Shown one piece after another: positions 21,530-31,698 of a DNA stretch of 64,000 bases. Source of the stretch: an uncultured Gemmatimonadales bacterium. Lineage in GTDB: Bacteria; Gemmatimonadota; Gemmatimonadetes; Longimicrobiales; RSA9. The stretch covers positions 5,381,953 through 5,445,952 of the forward strand of contig OY970192.1 of assembly GCA_963708135.1 (NCBI GenBank). The letters run 5' to 3'. The notes beneath the pieces are model-generated. The model worked only from the letters and a program-made list of their open reading frames with translations, made no database searches and was not told the DNA's origin. Position numbers and translations under genes: made by a program. The first letter of the stretch is position 1; each line of letters opens with the position of its first letter.

Positions 21530-22891
21530 GTGAACGTTCCGAAGACCACCCTGATCCGCGCCCTGGCCGACCGGCTCGGCGGCCGCGGCCGTGGCTACAT
21601 GGCCGCGGGCGTGCTCCTGGTCCTGGCCGGCGGCGCGATGGCGTACGCCCGCAGCGGCCGGGGCGGAGGCAGCGCGCCCGCGGCGGCCGCCGCCTCCGCG
21701 AAGGCCGGCGATGCGCACGGGGCGAGCCCGGCGGCGGAGAAGAGGGCCGGCGAGGCGGGAGCCGCGGCGTCGCCGGAGGTGAAGCTCTCGGCGCGGGAGC
21801 GGGCCGCGGCGCTGCACGTCGCGCGGCCCGCGCGCATCCGCGGGCTGTACCTGAACGCGTGGGCGGCGGGCTCGAAGCGGAAGCTGGCCAAGCTGCTGGC
21901 GATCGCGGACCGGACGGAGATCAACACGTTCGTGATCGACGTGAAGGAGGGCGGCTACATCAGCTACCGCAGCGGCGTGCCGCTGGCGGGGGAGATCGGC
22001 TCCGACAAGCGCTACATCCCGGACATCCGGGGCGTGCTCGCGCAGCTGAAGGCGCACGACATCTACCCGATCGCACGTATCGTCTGCTTCAAGGACCCCG
22101 TGCTCGCCACGGCGAAGCCGGAATGGGCGATCCAGAAGGCGGACGGCTCCTTCTGGCGCGACAGCGACGACCACCTCTGGGTGGACTCCTATAACCGGAA
22201 GGTGTGGGACTACAACATCGCCATTGCCCGCGAGGCGGCCGAGCTGGGGTTCGGCGAGATCCAGTGGGACTACGTCCGCTTCCCCGACGTGACGGCGTCG
22301 CGGCGAGCCACGCAGGTCTTCCCGGCCGAGAAGGGGCGCACGCGCGAGCAGGCGATCAGGGAGTTCGTCGCCTACTCGAAGGAGAAGCTGGCGGACCTCG
22401 GCGTGCCGGTGACCACGGACGTGTTCGGCCTCACCGTCTCGGCCCACGACGACATGGGGATCGGCCAGAAGTGGGAGAGCATGGTCGGCGTCTCGGACGT
22501 CATGCTGCCAATGGTCTATCCCTCCCACTTCGCGCACGGCAGCTACGGCATCCACGATCCGAACGCGCACCCCTACGACATCATCCGCGACGCCATGAAG
22601 CACGCGCTCGAGCGGACCCCGCCGGAGCTCCGGCGGCACAAGATCCGGCCGTGGCTGCAGGACTTCACGCTCGGCCCGCCGCACTACGGCACGGACGAGG
22701 TGCGCGCCCAGATCAGCGCCGTCTACGACTCGGGGCTGCGCGAGTGGATCCTGTGGAACCCGGGCAGCAACTACACGGTGGAAGCGCTGCGGCCGAAGGG
22801 CGAGGCGATGCAGCCGCCGGACGCGCCGGATTCGCTGCTCAGCCAGCCGGGGGACCGCCCGGCCGTACCCGACAGCGCGGCGCGCCGCTGA
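21530..22891 (+). CDS. Putative glycoside hydrolase (DUF4015-like), membrane-anchored or secreted
   Basis: N-terminal TM; IRGLYL, INTFVIDVK, ARIVCFKD, EIQWDYVRFP, PMVYPSH, RPWLQDF. Confidence 0.78.
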   Translation: MNVPKTTLIRALADRLGGRGRGYMAAGVLLVLAGGAMAYARSGRGGGSAPAAAAASAKAGDAHGASPAAEKRAGEAGAAASPEVKLSARERAAALHVARPARIRGLYLNAWAAGSKRKLAKLLAIADRTEINTFVIDVKEGGYISYRSGVPLAGEIGSDKRYIPDIRGVLAQLKAHDIYPIARIVCFKDPVLATAKPEWAIQKADGSFWRDSDDHLWVDSYNRKVWDYNIAIAREAAELGFGEIQWDYVRFPDVTASRRATQVFPAEKGRTREQAIREFVAYSKEKLADLGVPVTTDVFGLTVSAHDDMGIGQKWESMVGVSDVMLPMVYPSHFAHGSYGIHDPNAHPYDIIRDAMKHALERTPPELRRHKIRPWLQDFTLGPPHYGTDEVRAQISAVYDSGLREWILWNPGSNYTVEALRPKGEAMQPPDAPDSLLSQPGDRPAVPDSAARR

Positions 22892-22907
22892 ACGGCATCC
22901 GCTGCGA

Positions 22908-23204
22908 TCAGCCCCCGGCCGTGGCTCCCACGACCATGAAGGGCTCTTCGCCGGACTGGACGGCGGCGGGGAGGGGTGCGTCGGGCGGCTCGTGGGAGAG
23001 GTCCTCGCCGCAGGCGAAGAAGCGGACGAAGGCGCGGCGGCGGTGGGTGCCGTGGTCGCGGATGGTGCCGCGCAGGACGGGGTGCCGCTCCTCCAGCGCA
23101 TCCAGGACGGCATTCTGGGTGACGGGCGGCGCGACAGCGAGCGCAACCTCGCCCTGGACGCGGGCGAGGCGGTTCAGGTGGGTGGGCAGCAGGACGCGGA
23201 TCAT
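22908..23204 (-). CDS. MoaD/ThiS family ubiquitin-like protein
   Basis: 98 aa, [27 protein letters not shown] (C-terminal GG); ATGA overlap with the upstream gene. Confidence 0.85.
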   Translation of the reverse strand: MIRVLLPTHLNRLARVQGEVALAVAPPVTQNAVLDALEERHPVLRGTIRDHGTHRRRAFVRFFACGEDLSHEPPDAPLPAAVQSGEEPFMVVGATAGG

Positions 23205-24316
23205 GGCAGCGTCTGGACCTCCACGGACAGGACGGAGGGGAGGTCGCGCGTGATGGTGATCCAGCTGTCGCCGGAGTCGGAGGAGGCGTAGACCTGGCCG
23301 CCGGTGGTGCCGAAGTAGATGCCGCAGGGGTCGAGCGAGTCGATCGCCATGGCGTCGCGGAGCACGTTCACATAGCAGTCCTTCTGGGGCAGCCCGCTGG
23401 TGAGCGCCTCCCATTCGTTCCCGCTCGTGCGGCTGCGGTAGACGCGCAGCCGGCCCTCGGGCGGATAGTGCTCGGAGTCGCTCTTGATCGGGATGACATA
23501 GACCGTTTCCGGCTCGTGGGCGTGCACGTCGATGGTGAAGCCGAAGTCGGTGGGGAGGTTGCCGCTCACCTCGTGCCAGGAGTCGCCGGCGTCGTCGCTG
23601 CGCATGACGTCCCAGTGCTTCTGCATGTAGAGCACGTCGGGCCGGGCGGAGTGCATGGCGATGCGGTGAACGCAATGGCCGACCTCCGCCTCGGGATCCG
23701 GGATGTACTGCGAGTGGAGCCCGCGGTTGATGGGCTTCCAGCTTGCTCCGGCATCGTCGCTACGGAAAGCGCCGGCCGCGGAGATGGCCACGTAGATGCG
23801 CTCGGGGCGGCTCGGGTCCACGAGGATCGTGTGCAGGCACATGCCACCCGCGCCGGGCGCCCATTTCGGGCCGGTGCCGTGCTCGCGGAGGCCGGACAGC
23901 TCGCTCCAGGTGCGGCCGCCATCGGTGGACTGGAAGAGGGCGGCATCCTCGATGCCGGCGTAGAGGGCGTCCGGGTCGGAGCGTGACGGCTCGAGGTGCC
24001 AGACGCGCTTGAACTCCCACGGGTGAGGCGTGCCGTCGTACCACTGGTGGGTGCCGGGCACGCCGTCGTAGGCGAACTCGTTGCCGACGGCATCCCACGT
24101 CTTCCCGCCGTCGTCGGATCGCTGGATGAGCTGGCCGAACCAGCCGGTGCTCTGGGAGGCGTAGAGCCGGTCGGCGTCCGCCGGCGAGCCCTTCACGTGG
24201 TAGATCTCCCAGCCGCCGAAGTGGGGTCCGGAGATGTCCCAGCGATCGCGCCTGCCGTCCGACGTCAGAATGAACGCGCCCTTCCGGGTCCCGACCAGCA
24301 CGCGTACCGAGCTCAT
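23201..24316 (-). CDS. BNR/Asp-box beta-propeller protein (sialidase-like/WD40-YVTN)
   Basis: Repeated SxDxGxxW Asp-boxes; VLVGTRKG start; [10 protein letters not shown]; no signal peptide. Confidence 0.85.
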   Translation of the reverse strand: MSSVRVLVGTRKGAFILTSDGRRDRWDISGPHFGGWEIYHVKGSPADADRLYASQSTGWFGQLIQRSDDGGKTWDAVGNEFAYDGVPGTHQWYDGTPHPWEFKRVWHLEPSRSDPDALYAGIEDAALFQSTDGGRTWSELSGLREHGTGPKWAPGAGGMCLHTILVDPSRPERIYVAISAAGAFRSDDAGASWKPINRGLHSQYIPDPEAEVGHCVHRIAMHSARPDVLYMQKHWDVMRSDDAGDSWHEVSGNLPTDFGFTIDVHAHEPETVYVIPIKSDSEHYPPEGRLRVYRSRTSGNEWEALTSGLPQKDCYVNVLRDAMAIDSLDPCGIYFGTTGGQVYASSDSGDSWITITRDLPSVLSVEVQTLP

Positions 24317-24469
24317 GTCATCGCTCCTTGCCGGGCGACGCCGCTCCCGCGCGCGCGGCGGCGGCGCCGGCGACAGGGGAGGGCAGCTCCTCGAGGGGTG
24401 GAACACGGCCGGGGACGGCCGTGGCCCGCCAATCTAGGATCGGGCGTCTTCCGCCACCAGCCCGTCAGC

Positions 24470-24604
24470 TCAGTCGTGCAGGATGCGCTCGGGCGGGTCG
24501 TCCAGGTCCTCGAACTGCCCGTGCCTGGCGGCGTGGATGAAGAGCGCGGCGAAGATGGCGCCGAGGAACAGCGCGATGGGGAGCAGGAAGATCACGGCCT
24601 GCAT
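24470..24604 (-). CDS. ccoS: cbb3 oxidase maturation protein CcoS/FixS (44 aa; absent from the ORF track)
   Basis: Manual translation MQAVIFLLPIALFLGAIFAALFIHAARHGQFEDLDDPPERILHD; GQFEDL signature; position after ccoI. Confidence 0.9.
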   Translation of the reverse strand: MQAVIFLLPIALFLGAIFAALFIHAARHGQFEDLDDPPERILHD

Positions 24605-26904
24605 GCGGCTTCCTCTCTGCGGACCAGGGTCTCAACGCGGAACGCGCCCCATACGACCATGGCGCTCGAGAGCGGCATGAGGACGGCGGCGACGAGCGGG
24701 TTCACGAGCCCGGCGGCGGCGGCGCCGACGGCCAGGAGGTTGTAGGCCACCGAGCGGCGCTGGCTGGCGCGGATCGCGAAGGCGGCGGCGCGCGCGGCGC
24801 GGCGCCCGGCCAGGATCGGGCCGAGGGTCGCCCCGGAGAGCACGCCGTCGGCTACGAGCACGCTGCTGGCCGCGCCGCTGCCCATGGCGAGCGCCACGTC
24901 GGCGGCGGCGAGGGCGGGGCCGTCGTTCAGGCCGTCGCCGGCGAAGAGCACGCGCTGCCCCGTCGCCTGGCGGCCGCGAACCCATGCGGCCTTGGCCTCG
25001 GGGTCCATGCGCGCGGCCACCGCGTCCACGCCGGCCAGCCGACCGATCCGGCCAGCGGCGTCCGCGTGGTCGCCGGTGAGCAGCGCGACCTCGAGCCCTT
25101 CGGCATGCAGTGCGGCCACCGTTCGCGCGGCATCGGAGCGGGCGGTATCGCCGAGGCGGATGGACTGGCTCATCCCCTCGCCGTCGGAAACCACCACGCC
25201 GCCGGCCGGCTCCGCGCAGAGCGTCCAGCGGCGGCCGTCCACCACGCCCGTCATGCCGACGCCGGCCTGCTCCCTGACATCTTCCCCCCGCGGCAGCGGG
25301 ATGCCGCGGCGGACCGTCTCGGTCACGATGGCGCGGGCGATCGGGTGCGCGCTGAAGCGCTCGAGCGCGGCGGCGGTGCGGAGCGCCTCGTCGCCTGCTT
25401 CGGTGACGGCAAGGACGCCCTCGGTCATGGTGCCGGTCTTGTCGAAGGCGATGACGTCGAGGACCGCCATGTCGAGCAGCGTGTCCCCGGAGCGGAGCAG
25501 CAGCCCGCGCCGGGCGGCGGCGCCCAGCCCGGCCGCGGCGGCGAGCGGGTGGGCGAGCGCGAGCGCGCAGGGGCAGGCGACGACGAGCACCGCCACCGTG
25601 CGGGCGAGCCCCGCGCCCACGCCGGCGCCGAGGCTCCATCCCGCGAACGTCAGCGCGGCCACGACCAGCGTGCCGGCGGTGAACCACGGGGCGATGCGGT
25701 CGGCGCCGGTGGGCCGGAGGGGGCGGTCGGCGGCGGCGCGGAGCTCCGCCGCCATGCGGTGCAGCAGCGTCTCGCCGCCGACGGCCTCGACGCGGACAGA
25801 GAGCGCCCCGTCGAGCAGCACGGTCCCGGCGTGGACCGTCCCGCCGGGGCCGACGGGGACGGGATCCGCCTCGCCGGTGAGCAGCGCGACCTGGAGGGTC
25901 CCGCCGCCCTCCGTGACGGTGCCGTCGGCAGGGATCTCCTCGCCGGCACCGAGGTCGATCAGGTCGCCGGGGCGCAGGCTGGAGACGGCGACGGTCTCGA
26001 GGCCGGCCGCCGTGGCACGGCGGGCCGAGCGGGGCACCGAGGCGACGAGGGAGAGCGCGGCCTCCGCGGCGCGCCGGCGGCCGCGCGCCTCGAGCAGGCG
26101 GCCGGCCAGCAGCAGCGCCACGAGCATGGCGAGCGAGTCGAGGTAGGCGTCGCGGCCGAGCAGGGTGGCCACCACGCCGTGGGCGTAGAGGATGGCAACG
26201 GCCAGGGCAATGGGCAGGTCCATGTGCAGCACGCGCGCGCGCAGGCCCGCGGCCGCCCCCTTGAAGAAGGGCGAGGCGCACCAGAGCGCGACGGGCGTGG
26301 CGAGGGTGAGCGAGGCCCAGCGGAAGAGGGCGGCGTACTCGGGCGCCATCGCCTGCCACCAACCGAGGTAGAGCGTGGCGTAGAGGAGCATGATGTTGGC
26401 GGCGGCGAAGGCGGCCACACCGAGACGCAGGAGTAGGCCGCCGTCCGGGCGGGCCTCCGCGCCCAGGGCGCGGGGGCGGTAGCCGAGCGCGGCGATGCGT
26501 CCGGCCACGGCGGCCAGGTCGAGGCGCTCCGGGTCCCAGCGCACGGTGGCGCGCCCGGTGGCGTAGCTCACCGTGGCCCGCGCCACGCCGGGCGTGTGCT
26601 CGAGGACGCGCTCGACCACCCAGACGCAGGAGGCGCAGCGGAGGCCGTCCACCTGCAGGCGGGCCTCCTTCAGCCCGTCCGGCGCGTCGCCGACCGGCAC
26701 GGCGCTCCAGCCGCCGTCGGCCGGTCCCGGCCGTGGCGCGTACTGCTCGCGCGTCTCGTAGTAGGCGTCGAGGCCGGCGTCCCGGATGATGGCCGCGGCC
26801 ATCTCGCAGCCGGCGCAGCAGTAGGCGTCCGCGTCCCCCTCCACGGCGGTGCCGCAGTGGGGGCAGCGGGCCTCAGCGATGCTCGGTGTTGTAGGAGGCG
26901 ACAA
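24592..26904 (-). CDS. ccoI: Cu-translocating P1B-type ATPase CcoI/FixI
   Basis: CPHC..YCCAGC N-terminal domain, HMA CASC, TGE, ACPC, DKTGT, GDGLND; TTG start uncertain. Confidence 0.9.
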   Translation of the reverse strand: MSPPTTPSIAEARCPHCGTAVEGDADAYCCAGCEMAAAIIRDAGLDAYYETREQYAPRPGPADGGWSAVPVGDAPDGLKEARLQVDGLRCASCVWVVERVLEHTPGVARATVSYATGRATVRWDPERLDLAAVAGRIAALGYRPRALGAEARPDGGLLLRLGVAAFAAANIMLLYATLYLGWWQAMAPEYAALFRWASLTLATPVALWCASPFFKGAAAGLRARVLHMDLPIALAVAILYAHGVVATLLGRDAYLDSLAMLVALLLAGRLLEARGRRRAAEAALSLVASVPRSARRATAAGLETVAVSSLRPGDLIDLGAGEEIPADGTVTEGGGTLQVALLTGEADPVPVGPGGTVHAGTVLLDGALSVRVEAVGGETLLHRMAAELRAAADRPLRPTGADRIAPWFTAGTLVVAALTFAGWSLGAGVGAGLARTVAVLVVACPCALALAHPLAAAAGLGAAARRGLLLRSGDTLLDMAVLDVIAFDKTGTMTEGVLAVTEAGDEALRTAAALERFSAHPIARAIVTETVRRGIPLPRGEDVREQAGVGMTGVVDGRRWTLCAEPAGGVVVSDGEGMSQSIRLGDTARSDAARTVAALHAEGLEVALLTGDHADAAGRIGRLAGVDAVAARMDPEAKAAWVRGRQATGQRVLFAGDGLNDGPALAAADVALAMGSGAASSVLVADGVLSGATLGPILAGRRAARAAAFAIRASQRRSVAYNLLAVGAAAAGLVNPLVAAVLMPLSSAMVVWGAFRVETLVRREEAACRP

Positions 26905-27064
26905 CGCGGTCCGCTCCCTTCACCGCCACGTAGATGAAGGCGCCGTTGACGAGCACCATCAGGATGAAGCCGATGATGATGCCGACGACCCAGGGCGAGG
27001 TGCGGGGCGGAGCGGGGCGCGCGCCCGGCTCCTCGGCCGGCTCACTCCCCGGGGCCGCGCTCAT
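26873..27064 (-). CDS. Short FixH/CcoH-like single-TM protein
   Basis: PW..IIIGFILMVLVNGAFIYVA; lies between ccoG and ccoI. Confidence 0.7.
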   Translation of the reverse strand: MSAAPGSEPAEEPGARPAPPRTSPWVVGIIIGFILMVLVNGAFIYVAVKGADRVVASYNTEHR

Positions 27065-28403
27065 GCTCCTCGTGCTCCTCACCTTCGCCTCCGGTCTTGA
27101 ACGTGGTCCGCAGCACGCGCTCGCCCGTGGGCGCCGTGATGCGGACGCTCATCGGGAAGGTGTGCTCGGTGGCCTGGCGTAGCGGCAGCCGCACCACGAG
27201 CGGCACGGTCTGCTCCTCCGAGGTCCCCAGCGCGACGTCTTCGGCGACAACCTGCGCGCCGGGGAGCCCCTCGACCCGCACGCGGAAGGCGACCGGCGCG
27301 GTGCCGGGCGCGTCGTTGGCGATGCGCAGCAGATAGGTGTTGCGGACGAAGCCGTCGGCATCGACGGTGAAGAGCGAGCCGGGGGTGCGGGCGACCTCGG
27401 CCTCGAAGGGCACGCGCGTGGCCATGAGGATGACGGCGACGGCGGATATGCCGGTGAGCAGCGCGGCGTAGACCACGGTGCGCGGGCGCAGCAGCTTGGG
27501 CTTGCGGCCGGCCAGCTCGGCGAGCGAGCCGTAGGCCACCAGCGTCTCGTGCCCGAGCTTGTCCATCACGCTGGTGCAGGCGTCCACGCAGGCGGCGCAG
27601 CCGATGCACTCGAGCTGGAAGCCGTTGCGGATGTCGATGCCCTGCGGGCAGACGTTTACGCACTTGTTGCAGGCGATGCAGCGCCCCTCGGTCTTCGCGT
27701 CCTTCCCGCCGCGCGGCTCGCCGCGCGCCGTGTCGTAGGCGATCGTCAGCGTCTCATCGTCCGTGAGCGCGCTCTGGAAGCGGGCGTAGGGGCAGAGGTA
27801 GTTGCAGAACTGCTCGCGGAACCAGACGAAGTCGAGGAACCAGCCGGCGGCGAAGATGCCGGTGAGCGTGTACTCGACGGGGCCGGCGGCGCCGGTCCAC
27901 AGCTCGCGCGCGCCGGCGAAGAAGCTCATGAAGGACATCGAGACGACGACCGCGGCGGCCGCGAAGAGCAGCCATTTCACGGCCTTCCGCCACGCCCTGT
28001 CCCAGGTGAGCGGGCCGGCGTCGCGGCGCATGCGGGTGGTGCGCTCACCCTCGATCCAGCGCTCGATCGGGCGGACCCAGGCGTCGAGCAGCACGGTCTG
28101 CGGGCAGCCGTAGCCGCACCAGAGCCGCCCGAAGAGCGAGGTGAAGAAGAAGAGAGAGAACGCCATGAACAGCGCGAGCAGCAGCAGCAGCACGGTATCG
28201 GACGCGGTGAACATGGCGCCGAACAGGAACAGCTGGCGCTCGTGCACCTGGACGAGCACGGCCGGGTGGCCGGCGACGAGGACCCACGGCGTCACGAAGA
28301 GCAGGACGTGCAGGGCGAGGAAGGTCCAGCGGCGCAGTCGCCTGAAGCGGCCGTCCACCCACTGCACGTAGACCCAGTTGCGCGTGCCCACGAAGCCCAG
28401 CAT
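27042..28403 (-). CDS. ccoG: cbb3 accessory 4Fe-4S protein CcoG/FixG
   Basis: GRLWCGYGCPQT, EQFCNYLCPYARFQ, CIACNKCVNVCP, ECIGCAACVDAC. Confidence 0.93.
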   Translation of the reverse strand: MLGFVGTRNWVYVQWVDGRFRRLRRWTFLALHVLLFVTPWVLVAGHPAVLVQVHERQLFLFGAMFTASDTVLLLLLALFMAFSLFFFTSLFGRLWCGYGCPQTVLLDAWVRPIERWIEGERTTRMRRDAGPLTWDRAWRKAVKWLLFAAAAVVVSMSFMSFFAGARELWTGAAGPVEYTLTGIFAAGWFLDFVWFREQFCNYLCPYARFQSALTDDETLTIAYDTARGEPRGGKDAKTEGRCIACNKCVNVCPQGIDIRNGFQLECIGCAACVDACTSVMDKLGHETLVAYGSLAELAGRKPKLLRPRTVVYAALLTGISAVAVILMATRVPFEAEVARTPGSLFTVDADGFVRNTYLLRIANDAPGTAPVAFRVRVEGLPGAQVVAEDVALGTSEEQTVPLVVRLPLRQATEHTFPMSVRITAPTGERVLRTTFKTGGEGEEHEEHERGPGE

Positions 28404-28416
28404 GCCCGCCTCCCGT

Positions 28417-28920
28417 CTACTTCCCGTGCATCGAGATCACGTACGATGCCACCTGCCGGATCTTCTCGGGGCCGAGGATCGGCCCCCATGTCGGCATCCC
28501 CTTGGCCGCGACGCCGTTCGTGATGGTATGGACGATCTCGTCCGGCTTGCCGCCGTGGATCCAGGTGTCGTCGGTCAGGTTCGGGCCGATGCCGCCGTGC
28601 AGGTCGGGCCCGTGGCACGCCACGCAGTTGGTCCTGAAGATCGCCGCGCCCTTCGCGGCGAGCTCCGGGCCGGGCACGAACGCGCCCGTGGCCTCTTGCT
28701 GCGGCCAGCGCTTCGCGGCCGCGGCCATCTCGGCCCGGAGATCCTTCACCTGGGAGCGGTGCTGGATGAAGTGGTAGTTCACGGTGTAGACGATCGCGAA
28801 CAGGATCGTGAACCAGAACAGCCCCAGCCACCAGTCGGGCAGCGGGTTGTCGTACTCCTCGATGCCGTCCGACTCGTCGGCGTGCCCGAGCACCTGGTTC
28901 AGCGGGCGGTTGCGCTTCAT
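28417..28920 (-). CDS. ccoP: cbb3 oxidase subunit III (short, mono-haem CcoP)
   Basis: DGIEEYDNPLPDWW N-terminus; single CVACH; GPNLTD; GMP. Confidence 0.9.
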   Translation of the reverse strand: MKRNRPLNQVLGHADESDGIEEYDNPLPDWWLGLFWFTILFAIVYTVNYHFIQHRSQVKDLRAEMAAAAKRWPQQEATGAFVPGPELAAKGAAIFRTNCVACHGPDLHGGIGPNLTDDTWIHGGKPDEIVHTITNGVAAKGMPTWGPILGPEKIRQVASYVISMHGK

Positions 28921-29099
28921 GACTCGTCCTCTCCCGTGTCCAGCGGCAGCATCGCCGCCTCGTCCATGCGCGCGCGGTTGCCCTTCGAGTAGGCCCACCA
29001 CGTCCAGCCGACGAACCAGGCCAGGAACACCGCGGTCATGACACCCATGAGCCAGCCGGCCCGCGCGAGCTGCGCGCCCTCCGCCAGGACGTGGTTCAT
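28917..29099 (-). CDS. ccoQ: cbb3 oxidase subunit IV CcoQ
   Basis: 60 aa single TM, F..W.WWAY..NRARMDEAAMLPL; between ccoO and ccoP with ATGA overlaps. Confidence 0.85.
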   Translation of the reverse strand: MNHVLAEGAQLARAGWLMGVMTAVFLAWFVGWTWWAYSKGNRARMDEAAMLPLDTGEDES

Positions 29100-29923
29100 G
29101 GGCGTCCCCCCGGGGCCGTGGGCGGGGCCGCGGCGGTGTTCGCCGCGACCGGCGCGGGCGGGGGCGCACTCGAGCCGACCGTCGGCGTCGCGACCGACGC
29201 GCTGTCGGCCGCCCGCTGCTTTCCGATGGCGGCGCGTCCGTCGCGGCCCAGGCGCTGGAGGTAGGCGATGAGGGCGACGATCTCGCGGTCGGCCTGCGTC
29301 CGGGCCCCCATGCCCGCCAGGTTCTTCACGATCGAGTCGCCCTGCCAGCGGAGCTCGCGCGGCACGTCGGCGATCTGGGAGTCCGAGTACGGGACGCCGA
29401 CCCTTTGCAGCGCCTTCACGGACTTCTGCACGTCCCTCGGGTCGATGCGGTCGGTGTAGAGCCACGGGTAGTCGGGCATGATGCTGCCGGGCGAGACGCT
29501 GCGCGGGTCGCGCATGTGCTCGAAGTGCCAGGCGTCCGGGTACTTGCCGCCTACCCGCATGAGGTCCGGCCCGATGCGGCGGGAGCCGAGCAGGAACGGG
29601 TGGTCGTAGGCGTACTCGCCGGCGCGCGACCACTCGCCGTAACGCAGCAGCTCGGCGCGCATCGGGCGCACCATCTGGCTGTGGCAGAGATAGCAGCCCT
29701 CGCGGATGTAGATGTCGCGGCCGGCCACCTCGAGCGGGGTGTAGGGCGTGACGCCGGGCAGCGGCTTCGGGCCGGCCTTCACCGTGAACATCGGCGTGAT
29801 CTCGACGATGCCGCCGATGGAGATCACGATGGTGGTGACGAGCGCGAACAGGCCGAGCCGGCCCTCGATGAGGCGGCGGTGCCAGTGCTCCCTGCGGGTC
29901 GCGCCGGTGTCCTCGTTCGACAT
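29096..29923 (-). CDS. ccoO: cbb3 oxidase subunit II
   Basis: GRDIYIREGCYLCHSQMVRP, GSRRIGPDL, SIMP.YPWL. Confidence 0.95.
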   Translation of the reverse strand: MSNEDTGATRREHWHRRLIEGRLGLFALVTTIVISIGGIVEITPMFTVKAGPKPLPGVTPYTPLEVAGRDIYIREGCYLCHSQMVRPMRAELLRYGEWSRAGEYAYDHPFLLGSRRIGPDLMRVGGKYPDAWHFEHMRDPRSVSPGSIMPDYPWLYTDRIDPRDVQKSVKALQRVGVPYSDSQIADVPRELRWQGDSIVKNLAGMGARTQADREIVALIAYLQRLGRDGRAAIGKQRAADSASVATPTVGSSAPPPAPVAANTAAAPPTAPGGRP

Positions 29924-29932
29924 GGTCCTCCC

Positions 29933-31429
29933 TCAGGCCGCGGCCGGCTGGACCGCGCGCCCGGGCGCGCCGGGGCGCGACGCGTGGACGGTCAGCCAGA
30001 AGTTGTACGCCATGAGAATCGCGCCGAGCAGGTAGATGGTGCCGCCCACGAAGCGCATCCAGTAGAACGGATTCAGCTGGTGGACGATGTCCACGAAGTT
30101 CGGGTACTTGAGCTGGCCGGAGGCGTCCACCGCGCGCCACATGAGGCCCTCCGTGAGGCCCGCGGCCCACATGGCCACGGTGTAGAGCACGATGCCGATG
30201 GTGGCCATCCAGAAGTGGGTGGTGGCCCAGCCGGGGCGGGCCAGCGGGCGGTTCCACAGGCGCGGCGCGAGCCAGTACAGCATGCCGAAGCTCATCATGC
30301 CGACCCAGCCGAGCGCGCCGCTGTGCACGTGCCCGATCACCCAGTTGGTGAAGTGCGAGAGCCCGTTCACCGCGCGGATCGACATCATCGGTCCCTCGAA
30401 CGTGCTCATGCCGTAGAAGCTCACGGCCACGACCATGAACTTGAGCACCGGATCGGTGCGCACGCGGTCCCAGGCGCCACGCAGCGTGAGCAGCCCGTTC
30501 AGCATGCCGCCCCACGAAGGCGCGATCAGCATCAGGCTGAACACCATCCCGAGCGTCTGCGCCCAGTCGGGCAGCGCGGAGTACAGGAGGTGGTGCGGGC
30601 CGACCCAGATGTAGAGGAAGACCAGCGACCAGAAGTGCACGATCGAGAGCCGGTAGCTGTAGACCGGCCGCTCCGCCGCGCGCGGCAGGAAGTAGTACAT
30701 GAGGCCGAGGAACGGCGTCGTCAGGATGAAGCCCACGGCGTTGTGCCCGTACCACCACTGCACGAGCGCGTCCGTCATCCCGGCGTAGACCGGGTAGCTG
30801 CGGAAGAGCGTCGCCGGCACGGCCAGATTGTTCACGATGTGGAGCACCGGGACGGTGATCACGAACGACATGTAGAACCAGATCGCGACGTAGAGGTGCT
30901 CGACCCTGCGCCGCGCGATGGTGCCGAAGAAGTTGATCATGAAGACGACCCACACCACCGCGATGACGATGTCGATCGGCCAGATCAGCTCCGCGTACTC
31001 CTTCGACTGCGTCATGCCGAGCGGCAGCGTGATGGCGGCCGCCACGATGATCGCCTGCCAGCCCCAGAAGTGGATGCGCCCCAGCGTGTCGCTGTACATG
31101 CGCGTCCGGAGCAGCCGCTGAAGCGAGTAGTAGATCCCCGTGAAACAGACGTTGCACGCGAAGGCGAAGATCACCGCGTTCGTGTGCAGCGGGCGCAGCC
31201 GCCCGAACGTCGTGTAGGGGATCCCCAGGTTGGCCTTCCACCACGAGAGCTGCAGCGCGATGGTCGCGCCCACCAGCATCCCGACGATCGCCCACGTCAC
31301 GCTCGCCGTGAAGAACAGCTTCACGATGGCGTCGTCGTAGACCGGTGGCGCGGTCCCGCGCGGCGGCGCCGTGCGTCGTGGCTCCGCCACGGCGGTCGCG
31401 GCGGGAAGCGGCTCGACCGTCTGGGTCAC
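29933..31429 (-). CDS. ccoN: cbb3 oxidase subunit I
   Basis: FGRLRPLHTNAVIF, QWWYGHNAVG, GPHHLLY, IGHVHSGALGW; GTG start after AGGAG. Confidence 0.97.
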   Translation of the reverse strand: MTQTVEPLPAATAVAEPRRTAPPRGTAPPVYDDAIVKLFFTASVTWAIVGMLVGATIALQLSWWKANLGIPYTTFGRLRPLHTNAVIFAFACNVCFTGIYYSLQRLLRTRMYSDTLGRIHFWGWQAIIVAAAITLPLGMTQSKEYAELIWPIDIVIAVVWVVFMINFFGTIARRRVEHLYVAIWFYMSFVITVPVLHIVNNLAVPATLFRSYPVYAGMTDALVQWWYGHNAVGFILTTPFLGLMYYFLPRAAERPVYSYRLSIVHFWSLVFLYIWVGPHHLLYSALPDWAQTLGMVFSLMLIAPSWGGMLNGLLTLRGAWDRVRTDPVLKFMVVAVSFYGMSTFEGPMMSIRAVNGLSHFTNWVIGHVHSGALGWVGMMSFGMLYWLAPRLWNRPLARPGWATTHFWMATIGIVLYTVAMWAAGLTEGLMWRAVDASGQLKYPNFVDIVHQLNPFYWMRFVGGTIYLLGAILMAYNFWLTVHASRPGAPGRAVQPAAA

Positions 31430-31698
31430 GGGGGGTGCTCCTCTGTTGAGGGTTCGGCTCCGGGAGGCGGGCCTGTCCGCCCCGGCCGCACGCAGGACGG
31501 GCCCGACGGCGCTCCGGCTGGAGCGTCGCGGGCGCGCATACCGACCAAGATGCGGGGGGCACGGTGAATCACTATCGGGAGATTCCCGACACGGGTGTGG
31601 TGGATCGGCTCGTTTCCGCACCGCCCCCTTGGAGGCGCGGCCGCGCGGGGCCATCATTCAGCCGTGGCATGCGACGATTCCCCCGGAGGGCCCCACAC

